DNA of 64,000 nt from Alphaproteobacteria bacterium (lineage in GTDB: Bacteria; Pseudomonadota; Alphaproteobacteria; Bin95), in NCBI GenBank assembly GCA_041687435.1, contig JAWLBX010000004.1:52341-116340 (forward strand), given 5' to 3'. The notes beneath the pieces were generated by a model. It saw only the letters and a program-made list of their open reading frames with translations, was not told the DNA's origin and ran no database searches. Numbering within the stretch: position 1 is the first letter of the stretch; each line of letters opens with the position of its first letter. The position numbers and the translations under genes are program-made. This document shows positions 19,723 through 28,808 of the stretch, one piece after another.

Positions 19723-20528
19723 CAGCGCTGGACCTGTTCTGGCGCGAGGATGGCAACGCGGGCGGCCCGCCCGTCCTGCTAGTGCATGCGTTCCCGACCT
19801 CGCACGCGCTTTGGGACCGCCAGATCGCGGCGCTGGGCGAGCGTTTTCGCCTGATTCGCCCGGACCTGCGCGGCTTCGGCCAGAGCCTGGTGCCGGACCC
19901 GCCCTACCGGATGGAAGACATGGCCGCCGATTTGCTGCGGCTGCTTGACCGACTGGAAATCGGCCGGGTCAATTTCGTCGGCATCTCCATGGGCGGCATG
20001 ATTGGGCAGGTGTTTACGCTTGCTTATCCGGAGCGGGTGCAATCACTCGCGCTCTGCATGACCACCAGCGTGGTGCCTGTGAATACGCCGGCCGGCGATG
20101 ATCCGGCCTATGCGATTTGCGCCCGGCTTTTCCGCCGGGCGGCGGACCGGGCCGATGCGGACGGCATGGAGCCCATCGTCGCCATGTGCCTCGATCGTTG
20201 GTTTACGCAGGCGTTCCAGGCAAGCGATGCGGCACAAGCGGTGGCGGAGATCGTGCGGTGCAATACGCCCAAGGGCTACCGCGGCGGTGTCGAGGCGATG
20301 GCCGCTTTTGACGTGACCGAGCGGCTGGGCGGGATCGGCCAGCCGACACTGGTGATGCCGGGCGCGCTGGATCTGGGCACGCCCGTGCGTTGCTCGGAGG
20401 AGATCGCGGCGCGAATTTCCGATGCACACTTAGAGATCATCGACCATGCAAAACACATTGCCATTGTCGAGCAGCCAGAGGCCTGTAACCGGCATTTGCT
20501 GCGCCATTTAAACCGGTTCGCCGGCTGA
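19719..20528 (+). CDS. Alpha/beta hydrolase, 3-oxoadipate enol-lactonase (PcaD)-like
   Basis: DLRGFGQS, nucleophile elbow GISMGG, D...TP, AKH; ATGA-coupled to the upstream gene. Confidence 0.8.
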   Translation: MTALDLFWREDGNAGGPPVLLVHAFPTSHALWDRQIAALGERFRLIRPDLRGFGQSLVPDPPYRMEDMAADLLRLLDRLEIGRVNFVGISMGGMIGQVFTLAYPERVQSLALCMTTSVVPVNTPAGDDPAYAICARLFRRAADRADADGMEPIVAMCLDRWFTQAFQASDAAQAVAEIVRCNTPKGYRGGVEAMAAFDVTERLGGIGQPTLVMPGALDLGTPVRCSEEIAARISDAHLEIIDHAKHIAIVEQPEACNRHLLRHLNRFAG

Positions 20529-20555
20529 AATGGGGCAGCTCCCTCGGATACCGTT

Positions 20556-21524
20556 TTAATGCTGGACCGACTCGCTATTGATTTGCAGCGGCACGGCATC
20601 CATCAATGGTTGTGCCGCCGGTGCTGTTGCCTGGCCCGTTGACGGCTGGATCGGGCTGGGAGGAGGCGTTGGGGTGTCAAATGCCGGTCCGCCGGAAGGC
20701 ACCGGCTGCCGCCGTTCCGCCGCCATAGCCTCGCGAACGGCGGCAGCGGTTCGTTCCGCCTCTGCCTGTGGCATCCGTGTGACCAGGGTGGAGATGTAAG
20801 GGCCTTCCAGCCAATAAACGATCGACACGCCATCGCGTTCGGCAGCTTTCACGCCGTCAGGATCGGGCGACCAGCGCGGAGCTAGAAACAGACTGAAGCC
20901 GTGTTCCCTCGTGGAACTGGCCGAGTGGGCCATGCCCGCAGCGCCGGCAGCATCGTAATCCAGGCGGACCATGTCCGTGCCGCTGGTAGATACCTGCCGT
21001 TCCTGGGTCAGCCGGTAGCCGGCTTGCGAGAGGTCGGGCGCATGCAGGCCGATGCTCGTCTCCCCCGTCGCCATCCTGGGATCGACGGCTTGGAATGCGC
21101 CGATCCCAGGGGCTGGCTTGGGCGTGTCAGCAGAGGGTGCGGCGGCGAATTGCTGGTAACTTTGGTCGACGGCTTTGGAGATCATCCGATCCTGGTTAAC
21201 GCCAAGCCCCGCCATCCACCCGGTCAGGCCGGCGGCGAACAGCGCCGCCGTCATCGCGGCCGCACGCAAAGCCACCCGCTGGCTGCGCTGGCGAGGCGGG
21301 ACGTCCAGTGCGTCGTACAGGCGTTGTGGCACCGGATCGGCAATGCGCGGGCCGAAGGCTTTTTGCAGGGCGGCGTTTTGGGTCTTGAAGTCTTCGACGC
21401 GGTGCATGGCTTCTGGCGAGTGGCGCAGGTACGCCTCCACGGCGGCCTTGCGCCCCGGGTCATCATCCAGCAGGCCATCGACGTAGGCGTGCAGGTCCAA
21501 GTCTTCGATGGTTTTTTCCGTCAT
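20556..21524 (-). CDS. Transmembrane anti-sigma factor
   Basis: DLHAYVDGLL N-terminal domain, TM helix, periplasmic APDLSQAGYRL; follows the ECF sigma gene directly. Confidence 0.85.
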   Translation of the reverse strand: MTEKTIEDLDLHAYVDGLLDDDPGRKAAVEAYLRHSPEAMHRVEDFKTQNAALQKAFGPRIADPVPQRLYDALDVPPRQRSQRVALRAAAMTAALFAAGLTGWMAGLGVNQDRMISKAVDQSYQQFAAAPSADTPKPAPGIGAFQAVDPRMATGETSIGLHAPDLSQAGYRLTQERQVSTSGTDMVRLDYDAAGAAGMAHSASSTREHGFSLFLAPRWSPDPDGVKAAERDGVSIVYWLEGPYISTLVTRMPQAEAERTAAAVREAMAAERRQPVPSGGPAFDTPTPPPSPIQPSTGQATAPAAQPLMDAVPLQINSESVQH

Positions 21525-21525
21525 G

Positions 21526-22035
21526 TCACTTTACCCGGCGCAAATGGGGAATTTCACCGGACTCCGAATAGAGGTGGCGAAGCTGCTCCCGCCCGCGCGA
21601 CAGGCGGGACCGAAGCGTTCCGACCGGAACCCCTAGCGCTGCCGCTGCCTCGTCGTAGGGGAGCCCTTCCAAACCGACGAGGGCGATGGCTGCGCGCTGT
21701 TCTACCGGCAGGCGTCGCAGGGCATCGGCAATATCGCGGCAGGCTGCAGCCTGTTCCTGTGTCGGTGCGATTGCCGTGGCCGGCGCGTCCTCTATATCCA
21801 ACTCGTTCTGCCGGCGATGCCGGCGGGGTTTCTGATTCACAAATACATTGAACAGGATTCGGTATAGCCAGCTGCGCATGCTGCCCCGCCCTTGCCAGAG
21901 GTGCCGCTTGCGAAGGGCGCGCTCCAACGTGTCCTGTACCAAATCGTCGGCCGCCGCAGGGGAATCCGCCAACGTCAGCGCATAGCGCCGCAGCCGGGGA
22001 ATTTCACGGGCGATCAGCCATTTTGTTTCGTGCAA
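21526..22035 (-). CDS. ECF RNA polymerase sigma factor (ECF26-like)
   Basis: IPRLRRYA, ADDLVQDT, WLYRIL, region 4 LPYDEAAAALGVPVGTLRSRLSRGR. Confidence 0.92.
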   Translation of the reverse strand: MHETKWLIAREIPRLRRYALTLADSPAAADDLVQDTLERALRKRHLWQGRGSMRSWLYRILFNVFVNQKPRRHRRQNELDIEDAPATAIAPTQEQAAACRDIADALRRLPVEQRAAIALVGLEGLPYDEAAAALGVPVGTLRSRLSRGREQLRHLYSESGEIPHLRRVK

Positions 22036-22088
22036 CGCTGTCTCCTCTCAGCCGGCCGCGAGGCTTGGACTGTTGGTTCCTAAAGAAA

Positions 22089-22114
22089 GACAGGACGGGA
22101 GGCAAAATCGTTCC
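22089..22114 (-). promoter_or_regulatory. Putative ECF promoter for the sigma/anti-sigma operon
   Basis: Minus strand GGAAC-GATTTTGCCTCCCGTC(16)-CTGTC. Confidence 0.6.
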
Positions 22115-22161
22115 CGATGAATGTGCGGCAGCCAAAAAAATCCGTCCCTGTGATTTTTTTT

Positions 22162-22187
22162 GGAACCAAATCACTCCGGGGCCTGTC
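22162..22187 (+). promoter_or_regulatory. Putative ECF promoter for the divergent secreted-protein gene
   Basis: GGAAC-CAAATCACTCCGGGGC(16)-CTGTC, same elements and spacing as the minus-strand copy. Confidence 0.6.
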
Positions 22188-22270
22188 CTACCCCACGACT
22201 CGCCTTGGTCCGGTTTCGCCTGGCTATTGCACTGCGGGTCTGACAGACGCAATAACGGAGGTTTCTCCAA

Positions 22271-22660
22271 ATGCAATTCTCCCGAACCACACTCGCCATC
22301 GCCGCCGCATTCGGACTTGCGGTCAGCGCCGCGCCCGGCATTGCCGCGGCCAGCCAGTCGCCGATGATCGTGGCGCAGGCGCAGCAGCAATCGTTCAGCG
22401 ATGACAAGTTGCGCTCGTTTGCCAGCGCCGCCATTGAGGTGCGCGAAATTCGTGAGCAGCATGCTCAGAAAGTCGAAGGTGTGACGGATGAGCAGCAGCA
22501 CGCCACGATCGTGGATGAGACCATCACGAAAATGACGGCTGCGGTCGAGGAGGAGCCCGGTATCACGGTTGAGGAATACAACCAAATCAACCAGGCGAGC
22601 CAGAGCGACCCGGAACTGGCGCAGAAGATTCAGGCCTTTCTGCAGGAAGCCGGGCAGTAG
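22271..22660 (+). CDS. Secreted helical protein, DUF4168-like
   Basis: GGAGG RBS, signal peptide, FSDDKLRSFASA and GITVEEYNQINQASQSDPELAQKI. Confidence 0.75.
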   Translation: MQFSRTTLAIAAAFGLAVSAAPGIAAASQSPMIVAQAQQQSFSDDKLRSFASAAIEVREIREQHAQKVEGVTDEQQHATIVDETITKMTAAVEEEPGITVEEYNQINQASQSDPELAQKIQAFLQEAGQ

Positions 22661-22787
22661 GCCTTTCCCCGATTGTGCGGGTCCGCCGGCCTCTATGGCT
22701 GAGGCAGCGCGCCCTGCACACTGTCACACCGCAAGCCCGGGGGGCTTATCCCGTGCGCTGCCCCGGCCCATCCTCCCTGCGGTGACT

Positions 22788-22825
22788 GGCGTTTGCGGCC
22801 AAATCGGCTGCGAACGCCCTTTTTT
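22788..22825 (+). terminator. Rho-independent terminator (possibly the 3' end of an sRNA)
   Basis: GGCGTTTGCGGCC-AAATC-GGCTGCGAACGCC followed by CTTTTTT. Confidence 0.75.
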
Positions 22826-22826
22826 G

Positions 22827-24413
22827 TCAACGCGTTGCCTGGAAACGCTCTGCGAGCCTTTGGTCCAGCCAGGCCTTAAGCGCTTCCTGCGCAACCGCAT
22901 CGGCCTCCGCCCGCCAGGCCAGGGCCGCGGCATCGCCACGATAGCGCATGCGATCCTCGATATCCGCGGTCAGGCGACCGGCTGACCGGTCGCCGGCAGC
23001 GCTCGCCAGCGTTGCCCAATAGAGCGCTTGGCGGTAGCTGCGGCGGGCGCCGAAGCCGGTCAGGTGCGCCATTGCTTGGCTGCGCATGGCCTGGACGGTG
23101 CCGTAGGTCTCTGGCGCCAGTGCCGGCAACTCCTCCGCCTGGATCATCAACACGTCCGGGGTCGTAAGATGGCGTTCCAGCGTATCGAGGGCGGCGACTG
23201 CACCGGCCGTTTCTTTCGCGCCGGCATGCAGCGCCATCCGATAGGCCCCGGGCGGGTCTTCATCCTTCAGAACCATCGCGAGCGCGAGGCCAGCCTCGCC
23301 GTCGCCGGCAGCCGCCATCGGCTCCAGCAGTGAGCGTCCGGCGGCGACTGCACGGGGCGCGCCTTTGCCAGAGAGCAACGCCATGCCGATTTCGCGCCGG
23401 TCTTCCTCGCTTAGCGTATCCAGTGCGCCAAGCGCAGCCTGCAATTTGGCTGCCGCGATGACCGGATGTTTCGGTGTTGGCCGGCTGGAGACGGTGGGTT
23501 GCAACTGCTCGAACAACAGCGGCAGATGCCCGATGATGTCGGCGTTGAGATAGACCGGTTCCGGCGGATGCGCCTCCACCGTAATGCTGGCGGGCTCGTT
23601 CAGAAAGCGCCTCGCCTCGCGTGTGGCGGCGTTGATAAAATCTTGTTGCGCTTGCGTCAGCGGCTGGGCCGGCTGGTTCGGGCCGGCGGGTGTCTTCAAC
23701 GCTTCCGCCAGTCCGCCCTGGAGCATTGCGGCGACAGTATCCGGGTTGCGGAATTCAGGCGGCAGAAATTGCTGGGCTTTTTCCCAAAAGCCAAGATTTT
23801 CGACGGTCACCGAGGCGTGGGAGAGAAAAGCGTCGATATCGTCGTTCTTCTGGACGGCGAAATAATCGAAATCGAGATTCAGGCTGATCGCTGCCAATCC
23901 ATTAAGCAGCGCATCCGCCGCCACGGTCAGTTGGCCAGGGCCGACGGCGTAGGCGAGTTCGATATCGAACTGATCGAGCGTGATCCGATCCATGCCGGCA
24001 GCCTTGATCTGCTGATCGACCGGCGGCATCACGCAACCGAGCGAGGCCGTTGCGCCTTGCAAAGCGATCCGCACCCGCATTGTATCCCAGTTGGCGAGCG
24101 AAGCGCCGCGAATGGTTGCGCGTTCCGCATCCACGACACACGGCTTTGCGGCCGGCCAGGGAGTGTCCGGGTAAATTCTCAGGCCGTGCATGGTGATCGT
24201 GCCGGCGTGTATGTCAGACGAGATGTGAGCGTACGTGAAATCCACCTGATCCCGCAGGGCCAAGACCCCTACCTGAACCAGTGCCTTGGTGTAGCGCTCG
24301 ACTGTGATGAACTCCCACAGCGGCGGCCGCGGGTCGCCCTCCGCCTGGGCATGCCGCACGCCGGTGCCGGCCGCTGCCGCCGTGATCAGGATTGTCAGAA
24401 ACAGACTACGCAT
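22827..24413 (-). CDS. Exported hypothetical protein with C-terminal Sel1-like repeats
   Basis: Signal peptide (AQA); IGMALLSGKGAPRAVAAG and HLTGFGARRSYRQALYWATLASAAGD resemble Sel1 repeats. Confidence 0.65.
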   Translation of the reverse strand: MRSLFLTILITAAAAGTGVRHAQAEGDPRPPLWEFITVERYTKALVQVGVLALRDQVDFTYAHISSDIHAGTITMHGLRIYPDTPWPAAKPCVVDAERATIRGASLANWDTMRVRIALQGATASLGCVMPPVDQQIKAAGMDRITLDQFDIELAYAVGPGQLTVAADALLNGLAAISLNLDFDYFAVQKNDDIDAFLSHASVTVENLGFWEKAQQFLPPEFRNPDTVAAMLQGGLAEALKTPAGPNQPAQPLTQAQQDFINAATREARRFLNEPASITVEAHPPEPVYLNADIIGHLPLLFEQLQPTVSSRPTPKHPVIAAAKLQAALGALDTLSEEDRREIGMALLSGKGAPRAVAAGRSLLEPMAAAGDGEAGLALAMVLKDEDPPGAYRMALHAGAKETAGAVAALDTLERHLTTPDVLMIQAEELPALAPETYGTVQAMRSQAMAHLTGFGARRSYRQALYWATLASAAGDRSAGRLTADIEDRMRYRGDAAALAWRAEADAVAQEALKAWLDQRLAERFQATR

Positions 24414-24584
24414 GGCTCATCGGCTTTCCTCTGCCTGTCCCGGATCGGTCGAGCCGGGGGCCATCTGAGTGTCCGCCAATCTGTCATGGGAGTCTAGCAG
24501 CACCCGATGGTTCTCGACGAACCCTATCGGAACTCGCTATAACCGCGCCGGAAGTTGAAGCCCTTGCGAGGAAGAACCCGGATC

Positions 24585-26093
24585 ATGGCAGAAATCAGTA
24601 CGGACGTGTTGGTCGTCGGCGGCGGCAATGCCGCCATGTGCGCCGCTCTCTCGGCGCGGGAGCAGGGTGCAAGCGTGATTGTGCTGGAACGTGCGCCGGA
24701 GGATGAGGCCGGCGGCAACTCCGCCTTTACCGCCGGCAATATCCGCACGGTCTTCCATGGCGTTGATGATATTCGCGAACTCTGCCCCGACCTTTCTGAC
24801 GATGAAGTCGCCATGTCGGACTTCGGAACCTATACCGAAGACCAATTCTACGACGATATGGGCCGCCTGACCGAATACAAAACCGATCCGGACATGTGCG
24901 AGCTTCTGGTGACTCGCTCGCTGGATACCATGAAGTGGATGCGGAAGAAGGGCGTCCGCTTCCTGCCGATCTATGGCAAGCAGGCCTTCAAGATCGACGG
25001 TATCTTCAAGTTCTGGGGCGGCCTGGTCGTCTCTGCCTGGGGCGGCGGCCCCGGCCTGGTCGAATCGCTGACCGAGGCGTGCGGCAAGAACGATATCAAG
25101 ATCATGTACGGCGCCCGGGCAACCGAACTGATCCATGACGATGACGGCGTGCATGGCGCGAAGGTCCGCATTCGCAGCGAAGACGGCAAGGTGAAGACGG
25201 TCAGCATCAGCGCGCGCGCGGTCGTGCTGGCTGCCGGCGGCTTTCAGGGCAACCCGGAAATGCGCACCCGCTATCTTGGCCCCGGCTGGGATGCGGCGAA
25301 GGTGCGTGGCACCCGCTTCAACACCGGCGACGGCATCAATATGGCGCTGGCCGCCGGTGCCAGGCCCTACGGCAACTGGAGCGGCTGCCACGCGGTCGGC
25401 TGGGACTACAATGCGCCGGAATTCGGCGACCTCGATGTCGGCGACAACTTCCAGAAGCACTCGTATCCCTGGGGCGTGATGATCAACGCCGAGGGCAAAC
25501 GGTTTGTGGATGAGGGCTATGACTTCCGCAATTACACGTATGCGAAATATGGCCGGGTGATCCTGGAACAGCCGAACCAGATGGCCTGGCAGGTGTTCGA
25601 CAACAAGATCATCCCGAACCTGCGCGATGAATACCGCATTCGGCAGGTCACCAAGGTTCGCGCCAACACGTTGGAAGAACTGGCGGAGAAGTTGGAAGGT
25701 GTGAACGCCGCCCAATTCCTGCGCGAGATCAAGGAGTACAACGCCGCCGTCCGTCAGGAAATTCCCTACAACCCGAACATCAAGGACGGGCGCTGCACCG
25801 AAGGGCTGGCGATCAACAAAACGAACTGGGCCAACACCATCGACGAGGCGCCGTTCGAAGCCTACCAGACCACTTGCGGCATTACCTTTACCTTTGGCGG
25901 TGTGCGCATTGGCAACAATGGTCAGGTCATGGATACTGAGGAACTGCCGATCCCCGGCCTCTATGCCGCGGGCGAGATGGCGGGTGGCTTGTTCTGGTTC
26001 AATTATCCGGGCGGCACGGGCCTGATGGCGGGTGCGGTGTTCGGCAAGATTGCGGGTGAGAGCGCGGGCAAAGCCGCGGTCGGAAACCAGTAG
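24585..26093 (+). CDS. FAD-dependent oxidoreductase, tricarballylate dehydrogenase TcuA family
   Basis: VGGGNAAMCAALSA, GGNSAFTAG, KVRGTRFNTGDG, GITFTFGG, NYPGGTGLMAGAVFG. Confidence 0.88.
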   Translation: MAEISTDVLVVGGGNAAMCAALSAREQGASVIVLERAPEDEAGGNSAFTAGNIRTVFHGVDDIRELCPDLSDDEVAMSDFGTYTEDQFYDDMGRLTEYKTDPDMCELLVTRSLDTMKWMRKKGVRFLPIYGKQAFKIDGIFKFWGGLVVSAWGGGPGLVESLTEACGKNDIKIMYGARATELIHDDDGVHGAKVRIRSEDGKVKTVSISARAVVLAAGGFQGNPEMRTRYLGPGWDAAKVRGTRFNTGDGINMALAAGARPYGNWSGCHAVGWDYNAPEFGDLDVGDNFQKHSYPWGVMINAEGKRFVDEGYDFRNYTYAKYGRVILEQPNQMAWQVFDNKIIPNLRDEYRIRQVTKVRANTLEELAEKLEGVNAAQFLREIKEYNAAVRQEIPYNPNIKDGRCTEGLAINKTNWANTIDEAPFEAYQTTCGITFTFGGVRIGNNGQVMDTEELPIPGLYAAGEMAGGLFWFNYPGGTGLMAGAVFGKIAGESAGKAAVGNQ

Positions 26094-26120
26094 ACCTTAC
26101 AGCCGTCAAGTTGCTGATCC

Positions 26121-26150
26121 AGGCCCGCCGCAGACCTTGCGGCGGGCCTT
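26121..26150 (+). terminator. Hairpin, putative terminator after the TcuA-like gene
   Basis: AGGCCCGCCGCA-GACCT-TGCGGCGGGCCT followed by TGTT. Confidence 0.6.
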
Positions 26151-26214
26151 GTTCGTTGTGCTTGGCGGTTTCTCTCATCACGGCTAGCATGTCCGGTAAC
26201 ATCCGGAAGGAAAC

Positions 26215-27072
26215 ATGCCCATGACCGACACCTTGACCGATATTGAGATCAATCCGCTTTCCGACGTTTTGGGGGTCGAGGTGATCGGCCTTGATCTGCG
26301 CGAGCCGATCCCCCCGGCGATCAGGCGCCGGCTCGACGATGCGCTAGCCCGCTATCATCTGCTCTGTTTCCGCAATCAATCTCTCTCCAAGCACGAACAG
26401 ATCGAGGCGACCAAGCAATTCGGTGAGTTGGATGTGCATGTCCAGTCGAACCGCTCGTCCGATATTCCCCTGATTCATATCGTGACCAACCTGGACGAAA
26501 ATGACGTGCCGCGGCAGTCGCTGGCTGCAAAGGGCAGTGTCAACTGGCATTCCGACAAGTCCTACCGTCTGGCACCGTCGCACGCGACGTTCCTCTATGC
26601 GCTGGAAGTACCGGACGAAGGGGGCGAAACCGAATTCGCCAACATGATTCTGGCGTTCGAGGCGCTGCCAGAGGATCGCCAACGGCACCTCGCCAGCCTT
26701 AAGGTGGTGCATTCCTGGCCGGATAGCGTCCGCCGCACCAACAACCGCGAGGCGACTGACGAGGAAAAGGCGAACTGGCCGCCAACCCCGCAGCCGCTGG
26801 CCCGCACCCATCCGGAAAGCGGTCGCAAGGCCCTGTTCCTGGGCCAGCATGCGGCCTGGATCGAAGGACAGGAAGACCAGGGCCGCGCGCCGGTCGATGA
26901 GTTGGAAGCCTGGGCGACCCAGCCGCAATTCCGCTATGCCCACAAGTGGCGCGTCGGAGACTTGTTGATGTGGGACAACAGCTGCCTGCTGCACCGGGCA
27001 GCATCGTTCGACGGCGACCGCTATCGCCGGCTGATGCATCGCACCGTCACGCAAGGGCCGGTGCCATACTGA
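26215..27072 (+). CDS. TauD/TfdA-family Fe(II)/2-oxoglutarate dioxygenase
   Basis: WHSD, GGETEFAN, HPESGRKAL, WDNSCLLHRA, MHR. Confidence 0.92.
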   Translation: MPMTDTLTDIEINPLSDVLGVEVIGLDLREPIPPAIRRRLDDALARYHLLCFRNQSLSKHEQIEATKQFGELDVHVQSNRSSDIPLIHIVTNLDENDVPRQSLAAKGSVNWHSDKSYRLAPSHATFLYALEVPDEGGETEFANMILAFEALPEDRQRHLASLKVVHSWPDSVRRTNNREATDEEKANWPPTPQPLARTHPESGRKALFLGQHAAWIEGQEDQGRAPVDELEAWATQPQFRYAHKWRVGDLLMWDNSCLLHRAASFDGDRYRRLMHRTVTQGPVPY

Positions 27073-27087
27073 TACAGGGGAAGCGCC

Positions 27088-27987
27088 ATGGACATTATCC
27101 CGACAGGCAAGGCTTTGGGCGCCGAAGTGCGCGGCATCGACCTTTCACAACCATGGACGGCGGAGCAGGCGGCTGCGATTGAGCAGGCTTGGCGCAACCA
27201 CCTGGTTCTGCTGTTTCGAGGCCAGACCATCCGCGATGAACACCTGCTGGCAATGGCGGAAGCGCTCGGCGGCAGCCAATCCACAGGCAGCCGTGCCTAT
27301 TGGCTACAGGCCGGCTATGGCACGGAAACCGGGCGGGTTTCGGCCTTGCCCGGCATTTCCATCATTTCCAACCTGGATGAGAACGGCAAGCCGGCGATGA
27401 AACACGCCGGCAGCGGCAGCCAGGAATTGCTTTGGCACACCGACAACTCCTATGTCGACAATCCGCCGAAAGGCAGCATCCTGCACGCGCTGCAGGTGCC
27501 GGTGAATGGCGGCGGGCATACTTCGTTCGCCAACCAGTACTTGGCCTACGAACAGTTGCCGGAGGCGACCAAGGCGCGGATCGCCGGTTTGCATACCAGG
27601 CAGGACGCCAGCCGCAACACCGCCGGCGGTCAGCGCCCGACCAAGGCGCTGCCCACCACCTATGCGGAGGTGGAGGGGCCGGTGCATCCGCTTGTGCGCG
27701 TGCACCCCGACACCGGGCGCAAGGCGCTGTATCTGGGCCGGCGGTATGCTGCGCCGTCCAGCCATATTCTGGAAATGCCGAATGCGGAGGGGGAGGCGCT
27801 GCTGGACGAATTGTGGGCCGCTGCCACCCATCCCGAGCTGACCTGGACTCACGCCGATTGGCAGGCGGGCGACGTTCTCATGTGGGACAACCGCTGTACC
27901 CTGCATGCCCGGACGGAGGTCGACCCGAAACAGGCCCGCGTTATGCACCGCACCTTGATCAAGGGCGAATTGCCGGTTGCCGCGTGA
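27088..27987 (+). CDS. TauD/TfdA-family Fe(II)/2-oxoglutarate dioxygenase
   Basis: WHTD, GGHTSFAN, HPLVRVHPDTGRKAL, WDNRCTLHAR. Confidence 0.92.
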   Translation: MDIIPTGKALGAEVRGIDLSQPWTAEQAAAIEQAWRNHLVLLFRGQTIRDEHLLAMAEALGGSQSTGSRAYWLQAGYGTETGRVSALPGISIISNLDENGKPAMKHAGSGSQELLWHTDNSYVDNPPKGSILHALQVPVNGGGHTSFANQYLAYEQLPEATKARIAGLHTRQDASRNTAGGQRPTKALPTTYAEVEGPVHPLVRVHPDTGRKALYLGRRYAAPSSHILEMPNAEGEALLDELWAAATHPELTWTHADWQAGDVLMWDNRCTLHARTEVDPKQARVMHRTLIKGELPVAA

Positions 27988-28111
27988 CCGATCAGCTGGA
28001 TAGGACGGGACGAGGCTGTTGGATGCGCTGACCTGACTCTGGCGAGACGGGGCGCAGCGATGCGAAAATCCAGCTATTCGCAACCAGGGTCAGATGCCAA
28101 CAGAGGATGCC

Positions 28112-28801
28112 ATGTCAGCAGAGCCGAAGCCGTCGCCCGCCCGCTCCATGCGTTCCGCCTTGCGGGTTTGGGATCTGCCGACCCGGATTTTCCATTGGGT
28201 TTTGGTTGCGTTGCTGTTGGGCGCGTGGTTTACGGCGGAGGAAGGTCCGATCGAATGGCACGCCTGGATCGGTCAAACGCTTTTGGCGTTGGTGATTTAC
28301 CGCCTGATCTGGGGCGTGATTGGCAGCCAGACGGCGCAATTTTGGGATTTCGTGAAAGGGCCGGCGGCGATCTGGCGCTACACGCAAGCCTTGATCAGCG
28401 GGAAGCCAGCGCAGACGCTCGGGCACAATCCGGTTGGCGGGCTGATGGTTGTGTTTTTGCTGGGGCTGGTGGCATTGCAAGCCACACTGGGACTGTTTGC
28501 GAATGATGACATTTATTTCGATGGTCCGCTGCGCCATCTGGTCAGCAAGGATTTGTCGGACACGCTGACCGGCCTGCACGGACTGGTCTTTGATGTGCTT
28601 TTGGTTGCGGCGGCGATTCACATCGCTGCGGCGCTATTCTATCTGGTGTTCAAGCGGGAAAACCTGATTGGGGCAATGATCACTGGCAAGAAGCGGTGGC
28701 CAGAACCGCATCCACGTCTCCGGTTCACGCCGGCTTGGGCGGCGGTTCCGGCATTGGCAGTGGCCGCCGCCCTCGTCTGGGCAGCGGTCACGTACCTGTA
28801 G
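28112..28801 (+). CDS. Cytochrome b (Ni/Fe-hydrogenase cytochrome b-like, di-heme membrane protein)
   Basis: VWDLPTRIFHW, WH, GHNPVG, TGL, HIAA, ENLIGAMITG. Confidence 0.88.
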   Translation: MSAEPKPSPARSMRSALRVWDLPTRIFHWVLVALLLGAWFTAEEGPIEWHAWIGQTLLALVIYRLIWGVIGSQTAQFWDFVKGPAAIWRYTQALISGKPAQTLGHNPVGGLMVVFLLGLVALQATLGLFANDDIYFDGPLRHLVSKDLSDTLTGLHGLVFDVLLVAAAIHIAAALFYLVFKRENLIGAMITGKKRWPEPHPRLRFTPAWAAVPALAVAAALVWAAVTYL

Positions 28802-28808
28802 TCCAGGC

